From contig NZ_DASYMU010000010.1 of assembly GCF_036008905.1 (NCBI RefSeq), positions 301 to 64,300 of the forward strand: a stretch of 64,000 nt of DNA, read 5' to 3'. The DNA is from Amycolatopsis sp. (GTDB lineage Bacteria > Actinomycetota > Actinomycetes > Mycobacteriales > Pseudonocardiaceae). This document shows positions 9,293-17,781 of the stretch, in pieces (within the stretch, counting starts at the first letter, position 1; the number at the start of each line of letters is the position of its first letter). The notes beneath the pieces are model-generated. The model saw only the letters and a list, made by a program, of their open reading frames with translations, was not told the origin of the DNA and did not search any database. The position numbers and the translations under genes were made by a program.

Positions 9293-9733
9293 CTATTCCA
9301 CCGGGCGCAACGGGCCGTCGAAGTCCGGCAGCGAGTGGGCCTGGATGGTCTTCGCGATCTTGACGACCTCGCCGCGGATGCGGAACATGCCGCGCACGTT
9401 GCCGACCCAGCGCTCGGCGGGCCGGTCACCGGTCATGTCGCCCTCGGTTTCGGCGACGACCTTCCACGGCCGGCGAAGGATCCAGCGCAGCGGGAAGAAG
9501 AGCATGACGAGCAGCAGCGCGAGAATCACCCAAGCGGGGACGTGCACGTCGGCCGGCGTCCAGACGACCAGCACCAGCGCGAGGATCACGGTCACCACGA
9601 TCATCGCGATGCCCGAGCCGTAGCTGTCCGCGACGTCGTGGTCGAAGCTGTCCGAGGTGGCGGGCTGCCGCCACTCCATCTCGGCGCGCACCACCCAGTC
9701 CCGGCCGTCATCGCCCTGCACCAGCCGGTTCAT
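9293..9733 (-). CDS. Hypothetical two-TM membrane protein
   Basis: MNRLVQGDDGRDWVVRAEMEW..., two hydrophobic helices; RBS-like GAGGAA. Confidence 0.7.
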   Translation of the reverse strand: MNRLVQGDDGRDWVVRAEMEWRQPATSDSFDHDVADSYGSGIAMIVVTVILALVLVVWTPADVHVPAWVILALLLVMLFFPLRWILRRPWKVVAETEGDMTGDRPAERWVGNVRGMFRIRGEVVKIAKTIQAHSLPDFDGPLRPVE

Positions 9734-9836
9734 CTGTTCCTCCCGCGCGACGCTCGCTCCCGGTGAGCGCGTTCCACCGTACCGTGATCGCGGCCGGCTT
9801 CGCGAGGCCAGAATCCCTGGAGATCGGGTGTTTCGG

Positions 9837-11336
9837 CTACTCGGGTGACACCGCGGAGGACGTCGAATCCGGCGATGTGGCGGAATCGGAGCCACTGATC
9901 GTCGTATCGGCGGTGGTCGTGGGCTTGGGGCTCGAGGACGGCGGACGCCACGGCGGCGTGCCCGTCGACCACGGGTAGCTCGGCTTGGGTTTGCACGAAG
10001 GCTCTTCGGTGTCCGAGGGCTGGGACGAGTCCGGCGCTGCCGTCTCCGAGAGGAGCGGCGCGTCGTCCCGGGCGCTCGTGGTGGTGGCCTCCGCCGGCGG
10101 CGGGTCCAGCCGCGGCTCACCGGACGGCTCTGTGGTCCCGAATCCGGGCTCGGTCCCCGGCTTCGCGGGCGGGATCCCGGCACCGCCGTCCGGGGCCGTC
10201 CCGGCGTTCTGGGGGGCGCCGAGCGGCACTCCCGCGGCGCCGCCACGGGCCACGTCACCGCTGACGTGGTGCACGAACGGGCCGGCGGCCTTCACATTCA
10301 GCTGATCGATACCGAGCGCGATCTGCGGCGGCTCGGGAACCGGCGCCTGCGGATCGACCCGCAGGTCGTCGCCGGTCTTGCCGGACAAGCCGACCGTCTG
10401 GTGGCTGTCGGCGTCGAAAACCGCCGGGCCGACGGCGATGCCGAAGGCACCCGCTGCCGCGGTGGACGCGAGCGCCATCCCGACCTTGATCTTGGATCCG
10501 ACCAGCACGCTCTTCACCGCGGCCAAGACACCGCCACCGCCACCGAAGCCCAGTGCGGCGGCGGGCACCAGCAGCACGACGACACCGGCGTGCGCCCGCA
10601 GCGACGAGCAGACGTCCCGCAGCTCGTCGTGGGTCGCCCGGCACGAGGTGCAGCCGAGAAGATGGGTCCTGATCCGGCGCGCTTCGGTGCCCGTGACACT
10701 GCCCGCGGTGTAGCCGCCGAGCTTTTCGACGACCGCGCGGCAGCCGTCGGAACTGCGGTTCACGGCCAGGTGGGCCTGCAGATACGCGGCGCGGAGGCCT
10801 TGGCGGGCGCGGCGGGCGAGCGCGGCCGTCGCGTTGGCGCTGAGCCCGAAATGGGGCGCGACCATCGCCGGCTGCTCGCCCTCGACCTCGGTCTGCCAGA
10901 GCACGGTCCGCCAGCGCTCGGGAAGGCTGGTGAACGCCGTGGTGATCAGCGTGTGTTCGGCGGAGCGGGCGTGCGTATCCGCCCCTGCCCCCACCCGGAA
11001 GGTCAGTTCGTCGTCGCTGACCGGGACGTCGCGGCGCGCGCCGTGCCATTCCCACGACACCCGGCGCGCGACCGTCAGCAGGTAGGCACGCACGTAGTCG
11101 CGTGGCCCGGCCCCGCGGCGGATCGCCTGCAGGACGCGGAAGAACGTCTCGGCCGTGATGTCCTCGGCTTCGGACTGGTCCGAAGCGATGCTCCGGGCCA
11201 GCCTGCGGACGGCGGCGGCGTGCAGTTCGAAGAGCTCGCCGAAGGCCGCGTCCTCGCCTCCCCGCAGCCGCAGCAGAAGTGCCTGCTCGTCGGATCCCGA
11301 GGCCGCCTGATGCGGCACTGTGCCCTGCTCGGTCAT
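9837..11336 (-). CDS. ECF sigma factor fused to a zinc finger (zf-HC2), a TM segment and a Pro/Ser/Thr-rich tail
   Basis: Sigma2 (AEDITAETFFRVL, YLLTVARR), sigma4 (LPERWRTVLW, ARRARQGLR), HLLGCTSCR, hydrophobic stretch, then a low-complexity tail. Confidence 0.88.
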   Translation of the reverse strand: MTEQGTVPHQAASGSDEQALLLRLRGGEDAAFGELFELHAAAVRRLARSIASDQSEAEDITAETFFRVLQAIRRGAGPRDYVRAYLLTVARRVSWEWHGARRDVPVSDDELTFRVGAGADTHARSAEHTLITTAFTSLPERWRTVLWQTEVEGEQPAMVAPHFGLSANATAALARRARQGLRAAYLQAHLAVNRSSDGCRAVVEKLGGYTAGSVTGTEARRIRTHLLGCTSCRATHDELRDVCSSLRAHAGVVVLLVPAAALGFGGGGGVLAAVKSVLVGSKIKVGMALASTAAAGAFGIAVGPAVFDADSHQTVGLSGKTGDDLRVDPQAPVPEPPQIALGIDQLNVKAAGPFVHHVSGDVARGGAAGVPLGAPQNAGTAPDGGAGIPPAKPGTEPGFGTTEPSGEPRLDPPPAEATTTSARDDAPLLSETAAPDSSQPSDTEEPSCKPKPSYPWSTGTPPWRPPSSSPKPTTTADTTISGSDSATSPDSTSSAVSPE

Positions 11337-11517
11337 CCGGCCAGGCACCTCCTCCCCGAATTACCAACCATTCGGTCGAATGGAGACACCATACGGAGCG
11401 AAACCCTCGTCGTCACCCCTTGTACGCCAGGAGTGACGGAAGAGGTTGATGAAGGGTGGGTCGCACGGGCACTGGGACGTCGTATAGGCTGTGCCCAGCA
11501 CCAGTTGATCGGTGCTT

Positions 11518-11590
11518 GCGGACGTGGCGCAGCTGGTAGCGCATCACCTTGCCAAGGTGAGGGTCGCGAGTTCGAATCTCGTCGTCCGCT
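11518..11590 (+). tRNA. tRNA-Gly (GCC), CCA not encoded
   Basis: GCGGACG acceptor stem pairing with CGTCCGC, D-loop AGCTGGTA, anticodon arm TCACC-TTGCCAA-GGTGA, T-loop GTTCGAATC. Confidence 0.97.
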
Positions 11591-11594
11591 CGCG

Positions 11595-11635
11595 AAGGGC
11601 CCTGTGTTTTGCGGAAACGCGAACATGGGGCCCTT
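11595..11635 (+). terminator. Hairpin after the tRNA
   Basis: AAGGGCCCTGTGTT / AACATGGGGCCCTT followed by TTCCGTTT. Confidence 0.6.
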
Positions 11636-11645
11636 TCCGTTTGAG

Positions 11646-11696
11646 TAGACACCGCGTTTTGACTAGACACCGCGTTTTGGGCGGACACCGGGCTTG
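11646..11696. repeat. Three direct repeats with an 18-bp period
   Basis: TAGACACCGCGTTTTG at 11646 and 11664 (identical) and a degenerate GGACACCGGGCTTG at 11683. Confidence 0.8.
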
Positions 11697-11778
11697 CACC
11701 GTGCGGAACACACTAGACCGTCCGGCCCAATGTCTAGACCATTGTGGCCAAGATCATGGTGGCCATCTCGGACTCTCC

Positions 11779-11794
11779 GCTGGCCTAGACCAGT
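11779..11794. promoter_or_regulatory. DasR-type (dre-like) GntR/HutC operator
   Basis: GCTGGCCTAGACCAGT, 14/16 match to ACTGGTCTAGACCAGT; a weaker site (TGTCTAGACCA) at 11731-11741. Confidence 0.55.
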
Positions 11795-11927
11795 GGTCGT
11801 GGCCCTCACCTCCCCTTCATCTCATTACGCCGTTTAGGACATCGCGGACACGGCCGACGCGTTCCGTTCCTGTTCGGATGTCGCCTTCTCGCGAATTCTT
11901 AACCGGCTATTTCCACCTTTGTTCCCC

Positions 11928-12488
11928 GTGACCGAACTGACCCGCCGCCGGTGTCGCCGCCGCCGCGGCCGCGACTTCCCTTATGCCACCCAATGTGCAG
12001 CGCGCACTCGCCCAGGGCGCCCCCAAACACGGTTCCCTGCGCGATATCGAACATGTCGTCATGCTGATGCAGGAAAACCGTTCCTTCGGCCGACGTCCCA
12101 CGCCTGGCAGGTGCAGCACGACGCCTGGAACGGTGGGAAAATGGACAACTGGCTGCCGGCGCACCGCAAAGCCGACGGCAAGAACGGCTCGTACGTCATG
12201 GGCTACCACACCCGCGCCGATCTGCCGTTCCAGTTCGCGCTCGCCGAGACGTTCACCGTCTGCGATTCCTGCCATTGCTCGGTTTTCGGCCCCACGGCGT
12301 GGGCGAAAACCGCGTTCATCCTGAACTACGACGAAAACGACGGCCTCTTCGACCACACTTCGGTGTTGCAGCTGCTGGAAAAGGTGACCGGCGTGACCGA
12401 GCCGAACATCTCGCAGTGGCGGCGCAAGACGTTCGGTGACCTGACTCAGGAACCCGGCCACCGCCCGCGAGTCCCGCGCGGCCACTAA
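11928..12488 (+). pseudogene. Phosphocholine-specific phospholipase C (phosphoesterase family) remnant with frameshifts and large internal deletions
   Basis: Tat-like TRRR start; IEHVVMLMQENRSF; HAW..QHDAWNGGKMD; CHCSVFGPT; KTAFILNYDENDGLFDH; TSVLQLLE; FGDLT. The motifs are in order but compressed into about 560 bp across different frames. Confidence 0.85.
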
Positions 12489-12512
12489 AAATGCCACCGT
12501 GGCCAAAGAACG

Positions 12513-12914
12513 CTAGTGATCGAACTCCGGATAAACGTCCACAATGGTCGGTGCGACCGGGGAAAGCAGGGTGTCCGCCATTTCCGTGACCTGGCCACGG
12601 GCCATCCGGTGGACACGGAACTCGTTGTCGTGCTGGAGATCCTGGTCGTCCCAGACATGCAGGAGCCCGTAGGACCCGGGGGCGAGCTCACCGATCCTGG
12701 TGTACAGGTCCAGCAGATCCGGCGCCATCGTGGCGCCGTGTTTGTCTAGGCCGCCGAGGTGCAGCACCGGCACCCCGTTCACCCAGCGAAGATCGACGAG
12801 GTCGATCTCCCCGAAGTCCCGTACCGCCCGGCGCACCCGCTCGACGAGTCGCTCGAGCAGCGACGTTTCGTCGTCGTTCGCCTGGATCGTGACCCACCCG
12901 TGGTATTCGAACAC
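12513..12914 (-). CDS. Imm7-family immunity-like protein
   Basis: MFEYHGWVTI start, GSYGLLHVWDD, NEFRVHRMARG, DTLLSP; recognised from memory of the family pattern. Confidence 0.7.
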   Translation of the reverse strand: MFEYHGWVTIQANDDETSLLERLVERVRRAVRDFGEIDLVDLRWVNGVPVLHLGGLDKHGATMAPDLLDLYTRIGELAPGSYGLLHVWDDQDLQHDNEFRVHRMARGQVTEMADTLLSPVAPTIVDVYPEFDH

Positions 12915-12942
12915 GCGGAGAGCCTAAGTCCAGCGGTTTTCC

Positions 12943-13473
12943 TCAGACGAGGGCGGTCCCGTCACGCCGGAGAACCGCCGTCATCGCGTCGTTCCGGTGC
13001 GTCTCGACGGCGTCGACGAGTTCCTTGCCGAACACGCAGAGCGAGCGTTCCCACGGATGGCCCAGGGTGCCGAACCTGAAGTCCTGCGCGAGGAACAGAT
13101 GGTAGTCACCGCGCGGGAAAACCGGTACCGGCCAGCGCTGCGACCCGCCCATGCGGTGCGGCCAGAACCGGTAGGACTGGTGCTGCCAGTGCAGCGCCCA
13201 CACCCACTCGTCCGGCTGGACGCAGGCGCGCAGTGCCTGCAGCGCCAGCGTGGCCACGTCATCTTCCTTGACCGAGTACGGGCCGAGGCGGAACTCGGCG
13301 GACGCGCGGTCGGCGTCACCGGCGGAAAGATCCCAGGTGACCGACGGCGACGGCTCACGGAAGCCTGGCCACGCGTTGGCGTACGTGCTCGGCCAGAAGC
13401 CCAGCTTGTCGTAAACCCAGTACCACGCCGGTTCGTCGGCGACTCTGGACAGCTGTTCCCAGGCAGGATTCAC
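12943..13473 (-). CDS. DUF2716-domain protein
   Basis: WALHWQHQSYRF, PVFPRGDYHLF, GTLGHPWERSLCVFG; GTG start at 13473 with GAGG. Confidence 0.78.
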   Translation of the reverse strand: MNPAWEQLSRVADEPAWYWVYDKLGFWPSTYANAWPGFREPSPSVTWDLSAGDADRASAEFRLGPYSVKEDDVATLALQALRACVQPDEWVWALHWQHQSYRFWPHRMGGSQRWPVPVFPRGDYHLFLAQDFRFGTLGHPWERSLCVFGKELVDAVETHRNDAMTAVLRRDGTALV

Positions 13474-13767
13474 TATCGACCTCAGTTGCTCGCACCGGCT
13501 AAGACCTTGAAAGCTTCGTATTCGACGCCGGAGTTGTCCAGTTGAGTTTGCGCTAGTTGCGGAATCGCTTCGCAATGGGGGTTGCGACCGGCCGGTTGAC
13601 AGTTATGAAATTGATACCGAACGTCGATCTTGTCCCGGCATTCGTTCGACTGAATGCCGATCTTCGAAGCAGTGCGCAACCGAACGGCCGAGGACGCCGG
13701 GCTCGTTCGGCGGTACCGTGCCGACCCCTTTTATGATTCGCCCATCCTGACTGTCCACAAAGGGCAA

Positions 13768-14499
13768 TCAGGGGTCGAGCCGCACCGCTTCGGCGACGAA
13801 TCGCCCGGCGACGTCGTGCAGTTTGACGTTGTCCCGCTGCGACCGCGAAACGAGCGCCGCGAACGCTTCGTCCGGGGTCAATCCCCGTGCCGCCATCAGG
13901 ATGCCCTTGGCCTGCTCGATCACCGCACGCGAGCTGAGCGCCCGCCGGAGCTGCTCGGCCGACTCCTTCGCCCGCAGATAGCGGCGCGCGCTGCGCAACG
14001 CCAGCACGACCATCGTCGTGTAGAGGTCCAGCAGTTTGCCCTCGACCTCGAGGAAACCGTGTTCCTGGAAACCGAACAGGTTCATCGCCCCGGACAGCGC
14101 CTCGTCGACGGCCAGCGGCGCGGCCAGGTAACTGGCGACACCCAGTTCACGCGCCGAAGCCGTGAACTCGGGCCAAAGCTCCTCGGCCTTCCAGACGTCG
14201 ACGCGCACGATCTCGCCGGTCGCCGCCGCGCGCAGACACGGCCCGTCACCTTGCCGGTACTGCTCGGCGTCGATGTCCGACGCCCGGCGATCGGTACCGG
14301 CGGCGGTTTCCGCGACGCCGTCGCGCACGACCGTGATGCTGGCCATGTCCGCGCCGGGGATCACCCGGATGGCCTGGTCACAGACAGTCTGAAGCACCGA
14401 CCCGAGATCGTCCTCGCGATCGAAGGTCTCGGTCAGCGCTTCCATCGCGCTGGTGACTTCGTCGATCTGCTCGTCCAAGCGTTCCAAGCTCCGCACCAC
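13768..14499 (-). CDS. GAF and ANTAR domain RNA-binding regulator
   Basis: GAF (QYRQGDGPCLRA, GAMNLF) and ANTAR (LSSRAVIEQAKGILM, AFAALVSRSQRDNVKL). Confidence 0.92.
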   Translation of the reverse strand: MVRSLERLDEQIDEVTSAMEALTETFDREDDLGSVLQTVCDQAIRVIPGADMASITVVRDGVAETAAGTDRRASDIDAEQYRQGDGPCLRAAATGEIVRVDVWKAEELWPEFTASARELGVASYLAAPLAVDEALSGAMNLFGFQEHGFLEVEGKLLDLYTTMVVLALRSARRYLRAKESAEQLRRALSSRAVIEQAKGILMAARGLTPDEAFAALVSRSQRDNVKLHDVAGRFVAEAVRLDP

Positions 14500-14639
14500 A
14501 GTGTCGCTCTTTTCTCCACGGAACGGCTCTCGCCGGCCGACCCGCACACAACCGATGAGGATCCTACTTCCAGTTTGGGCCCGCATAGGATGAACCGGCA
14601 CGAACAACACTGGGGTCGATTCACCTTCAAGGAGCAGGC

Positions 14640-15719
14640 ATGGCGCTGGACGAGCTCAAGAGCACCTGGGACAGCTTGGGCAGCGTCGATCCACTCTGGG
14701 CCGTGCTCACCGATCCCGCCCGCCGCAACGGCGGCTGGGATCTCGAAGAATTCATGGAAACCGGCCGTCTGACCGTCGGTGCCGCCGTGGACACGCTGAC
14801 CAGGCACGACGTTTCACTGGGCGAACGGGTGCTCGATTTCGGCTGCGGTGTCGGCAGGCTGAGCAACGCACTGGCCGAGCACGCCAAGTCCGTGGTCGGG
14901 GTCGACCTGGCGGCGTCGATGGTGGACCGGGCTCGCGAACTCAACCGGCACCCGGACCAGGTCGAATTCGTGCTCTACGACGGCCTCACCCTGCCGTTCG
15001 AAGACGGTTCCTTCGACGGCGCGCTGAGCTTGCTCGTCCTCCAGCACGGGCGGCCGGAAGTCCAGCTGCGCTGCCTGATGGAGCTGCAGCGGGTGGTGCG
15101 GCCCGGTGGGGTGCTCATGCTCCAGATCCCGAGCCGGCCACTGCCGCCGAAACCGTTGGCAGCGGACGCCTACCAAGCGCAGATCGATCTGCAGGACGCG
15201 CCGGCGAGCCTGGCCGCCGGCGAGCGCGCGACGCTGACCGTGAACCTGGTCAACGTCAGCGAGCGCACCTGGCCCGCTTCGGCGATCATCCAGCTCGGCA
15301 ACCACTGGCTCGACGGCGAGAACATGCTGGTGCTCAACGACGGCCGCACGATGTTGACCGCGGACGTCGAACCCGGTGACTTCGTCGAGCTGCCGCTGAC
15401 CGTCACGGCCCCCGAAGCCGCGGGCACCTACGAGCTGGAAATCGACCTGGTGCACGAAAACGTGACCTGGTGGAAGAACGCCGGCACGGAAACCGCCCGC
15501 GCGACGGTGACCGTCGGCGGTGCCCGGCAGGAGACCGTGGCCGAATCGGCCCCCGCCGAGGACACCCATCCCGGCGACGCGATCGAAATGCACGGCCTGC
15601 ACATCGAATTCCTGCGTGATCTGTTCGAATACAGCAACACCGACGTACTCGCCGCCATTCAAGACGGTTCTGCGGGCGAGGAATGGGAGAACTACACGTA
15701 CATTCTCCGCCGCCGCTAG
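14640..15719 (+). CDS. Class I SAM methyltransferase with an inserted Ig-like (NBR1/FW-type) domain
   Basis: VLDFGCGVG, GVDLAASMV, RPGGVLMLQIP, then a beta-rich segment (LVNVSERTW, LGNHW, VEPG, APEAAGTYELEIDLVHE), then IEMHG...YTYILR. Confidence 0.85.
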   Translation: MALDELKSTWDSLGSVDPLWAVLTDPARRNGGWDLEEFMETGRLTVGAAVDTLTRHDVSLGERVLDFGCGVGRLSNALAEHAKSVVGVDLAASMVDRARELNRHPDQVEFVLYDGLTLPFEDGSFDGALSLLVLQHGRPEVQLRCLMELQRVVRPGGVLMLQIPSRPLPPKPLAADAYQAQIDLQDAPASLAAGERATLTVNLVNVSERTWPASAIIQLGNHWLDGENMLVLNDGRTMLTADVEPGDFVELPLTVTAPEAAGTYELEIDLVHENVTWWKNAGTETARATVTVGGARQETVAESAPAEDTHPGDAIEMHGLHIEFLRDLFEYSNTDVLAAIQDGSAGEEWENYTYILRRR

Positions 15720-15734
15720 CGATCGAACACGGCA

Positions 15735-15770
15735 AAAGGGGCAGGGCGAGACAACTCGCCCTGCCCCTTT
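15735..15770. terminator. Bidirectional terminator between convergent genes
   Basis: 16-bp perfect stem AAAGGGGCAGGGCGAG-ACAA-CTCGCCCTGCCCCTTT. Confidence 0.85.
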
Positions 15771-15784
15771 GTCACGTGGCGTTC

Positions 15785-16393
15785 CTAAGCGGCGGATTCC
15801 CACAACGTCAGGAACGAAGTCGCCTCGCTGCGCACCCACGGCTCCATCCGCGTCCGGTCACGGCTGTTGAGCGTGTATTCCTTGGCCCGCCGGACATCCA
15901 CGACCAGCGCCGTCGCTTCGGGCAGCAGATCGTCCATGACCTGTTCCATGCTCCACAGCGCGAGGTTCGCACCGTCGCGCGTCAGCGGGGCCTCCTTGAA
16001 GTAGAGCCAAGTCGCGAAGACCTCGCCATTGGGCTTGCGCAGGCCGAGCTGCGGCGAAATCCGCGATTCGAACTCGCCGTGCCGCCATTTCGCGCGGCCG
16101 ACGTCCACCAGCTCCGGCTTGCGCCGCCCCAGGTAACGCAGCCAGCCTTCGGCGACGGCCGTGTAGTGCGTCAGCGACTTCGGAATCGCCTGATCGACGA
16201 GTGTCTCCATGGACTCGGCGTCCAGCCCGGACGCCCGCCCCGCGCGGATGGCGTTCGTGGCCCGTCCGTAGAAGTCGAACGCACCGCGCTCCGGGTTGTC
16301 GAAAAGACGGCGGTACCGCTTGACGAACGACGTCCGCGCCGCGCCCGAACTAGTGCTGTAACCAACAAACGTCGGCAGGGTGACATAGGCCAT
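15785..16393 (-). CDS. Hypothetical soluble protein (about 202 aa)
   Basis: MAYVTLPTFVGY...; protein-like composition; GGAGGG RBS before ATG 16393. Confidence 0.75.
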   Translation of the reverse strand: MAYVTLPTFVGYSTSSGAARTSFVKRYRRLFDNPERGAFDFYGRATNAIRAGRASGLDAESMETLVDQAIPKSLTHYTAVAEGWLRYLGRRKPELVDVGRAKWRHGEFESRISPQLGLRKPNGEVFATWLYFKEAPLTRDGANLALWSMEQVMDDLLPEATALVVDVRRAKEYTLNSRDRTRMEPWVRSEATSFLTLWESAA

Positions 16394-16680
16394 TGAGCTG
16401 CCCTCCGTGTCTTGCTCCCCATCCAGGTCCACACCCCTGGTTTCCCTACTATTTTACGAGGTGGCACCGACAAAAACGGCCTGTTCAGGAGGCCTTCGGG
16501 CAGGCAAAATGCCCGCCGGGGAAATCGGGGTTGCCCTGACCCCGCCCAACCACGACATACTGCACCCGTACGCATCTGAACGCGCTTGTTCCGGCAGTCG
16601 TAGGACGGTCTGTCCGAGCAGCGCAATACCCTGTGGGCACCCACCACACTGGGGTATTCGAACGGGCAAGGGGTTCCGCC

Positions 16681-17781
16681 ATGGGCTGGCAGGAAGAACT
16701 GCGGCAGCTGGACGTCGAGCTGGCCAATGGGCGCATCACCCCCGAGAGCCACCGTAAGCAGCGTGACGAGCTGCTCGCGGTCGCCTCCGGTGGCGGCGCG
16801 GCGTCGCCGGTCGCGTCCCCGCTGCACCGGCCGCGGAGCCCGCAAGGTCCACCGGCGCCGCAGTGGCAGAGCACCAACCCCGGTCACCAGGTCACGGAGC
16901 CCGTCACCCCGCCACCGGCGCAAAAGCCGCAGCGGCCCGCGCCGGCTCAGCCGTTCACCACCGAGCGGCGGACGACAGCGCCCAGCCCAGCCGACGAGCG
17001 GCACACCGACTGGCTGCCCTACCCGATCCCGGCCGCCGGCCGGTTCGATTCGGCGACGGTGGTCCGTCCCGCGGTGCTGCCGCCGCCTCCGCCGCAGACG
17101 TTCCAGCCCCAGTCACAGCAGGACTCCCGGCGGTCGGGTCATCGGCGGCCCGACACCATGGACCCGCCGCCCAGGAAGAACCGCGGCACACCGGTCTGGC
17201 TCTTCATCGCGCTCGGTGTGGTCCTCGTGGGCGCACTGGTCGCCGGCGGTATGTGGTGGATCGGCGGCACCAGCGACAACGCCGTGGACACCGGCGCGAC
17301 GTCGCTCGACAAGAGCTTGCCCGTCCTTCCGGGCACCGCGGGGCCGAACAATTCCACCGTTTCGGTGTACAAGGCGCTCGACCTGAGGCTGATCGGGCAG
17401 CACACCGCCGATCTCATGAACGCGAACCACGCGCAGGAGATCACCTTCCGCAGCTCCGCGGAAATGGCCGACCAGACCTACAGTTACACGCTTTTCGTCG
17501 TCAAGACGCCGTCCCCGGTCGACGCGACGAACCTGGCGGAGGACCTGACCCAGTACGCGGAGACCAGCGGATTCACCGACATGCACCTGGCCGACGCGCC
17601 GGCGAGGTCCGCGCTCAGTGTGGAGAGCCCGCAAGGGACACTGGGACAGAGCTGGTATTCGTCGGCCAACCTGACCGTCGGGGTCGGGATTTCCCAGCTG
17701 CCGAGCGGCGACGCGGCCCTGCTGCGCGAGCGTGTGGCCAAGACCCGAAACCAGCTCACCGGCGTCCTCCCGCGCGGCTGA
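16681..17781 (+). CDS. Single-pass membrane protein: SHOCT-like N-terminus, Pro-rich region, TM, extracytoplasmic domain
   Basis: MGWQEELRQLDVELANGRITPESHRKQRDELL; WLFIALGVVLVGALVAGGMWW TM. Confidence 0.8.
   Translation: MGWQEELRQLDVELANGRITPESHRKQRDELLAVASGGGAASPVASPLHRPRSPQGPPAPQWQSTNPGHQVTEPVTPPPAQKPQRPAPAQPFTTERRTTAPSPADERHTDWLPYPIPAAGRFDSATVVRPAVLPPPPPQTFQPQSQQDSRRSGHRRPDTMDPPPRKNRGTPVWLFIALGVVLVGALVAGGMWWIGGTSDNAVDTGATSLDKSLPVLPGTAGPNNSTVSVYKALDLRLIGQHTADLMNANHAQEITFRSSAEMADQTYSYTLFVVKTPSPVDATNLAEDLTQYAETSGFTDMHLADAPARSALSVESPQGTLGQSWYSSANLTVGVGISQLPSGDAALLRERVAKTRNQLTGVLPRG

Noticed and set aside
8260-9300. LexA/SOS box upstream of the Fpg/Nei or TM0106 genes
   Set aside because: No TCGAAC-N4-GTTCGA match found; scattered TCGAAC half-sites lack partners.
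11413-11931. ORFs 11333-11626, 11413-11688 and 11512-11931
   Set aside because: They overlap the tRNA and its terminator and have no protein features.
13596-13601. Perfect TTGACA -35 hexamer
   Set aside because: No appropriately spaced -10 element and no co-oriented gene downstream.
11518-16400. Integrative element or prophage at tRNA-Gly
   Set aside because: No integrase and no duplicated tRNA 3' end (attR) found downstream in the window; only a variable-looking gene patch.
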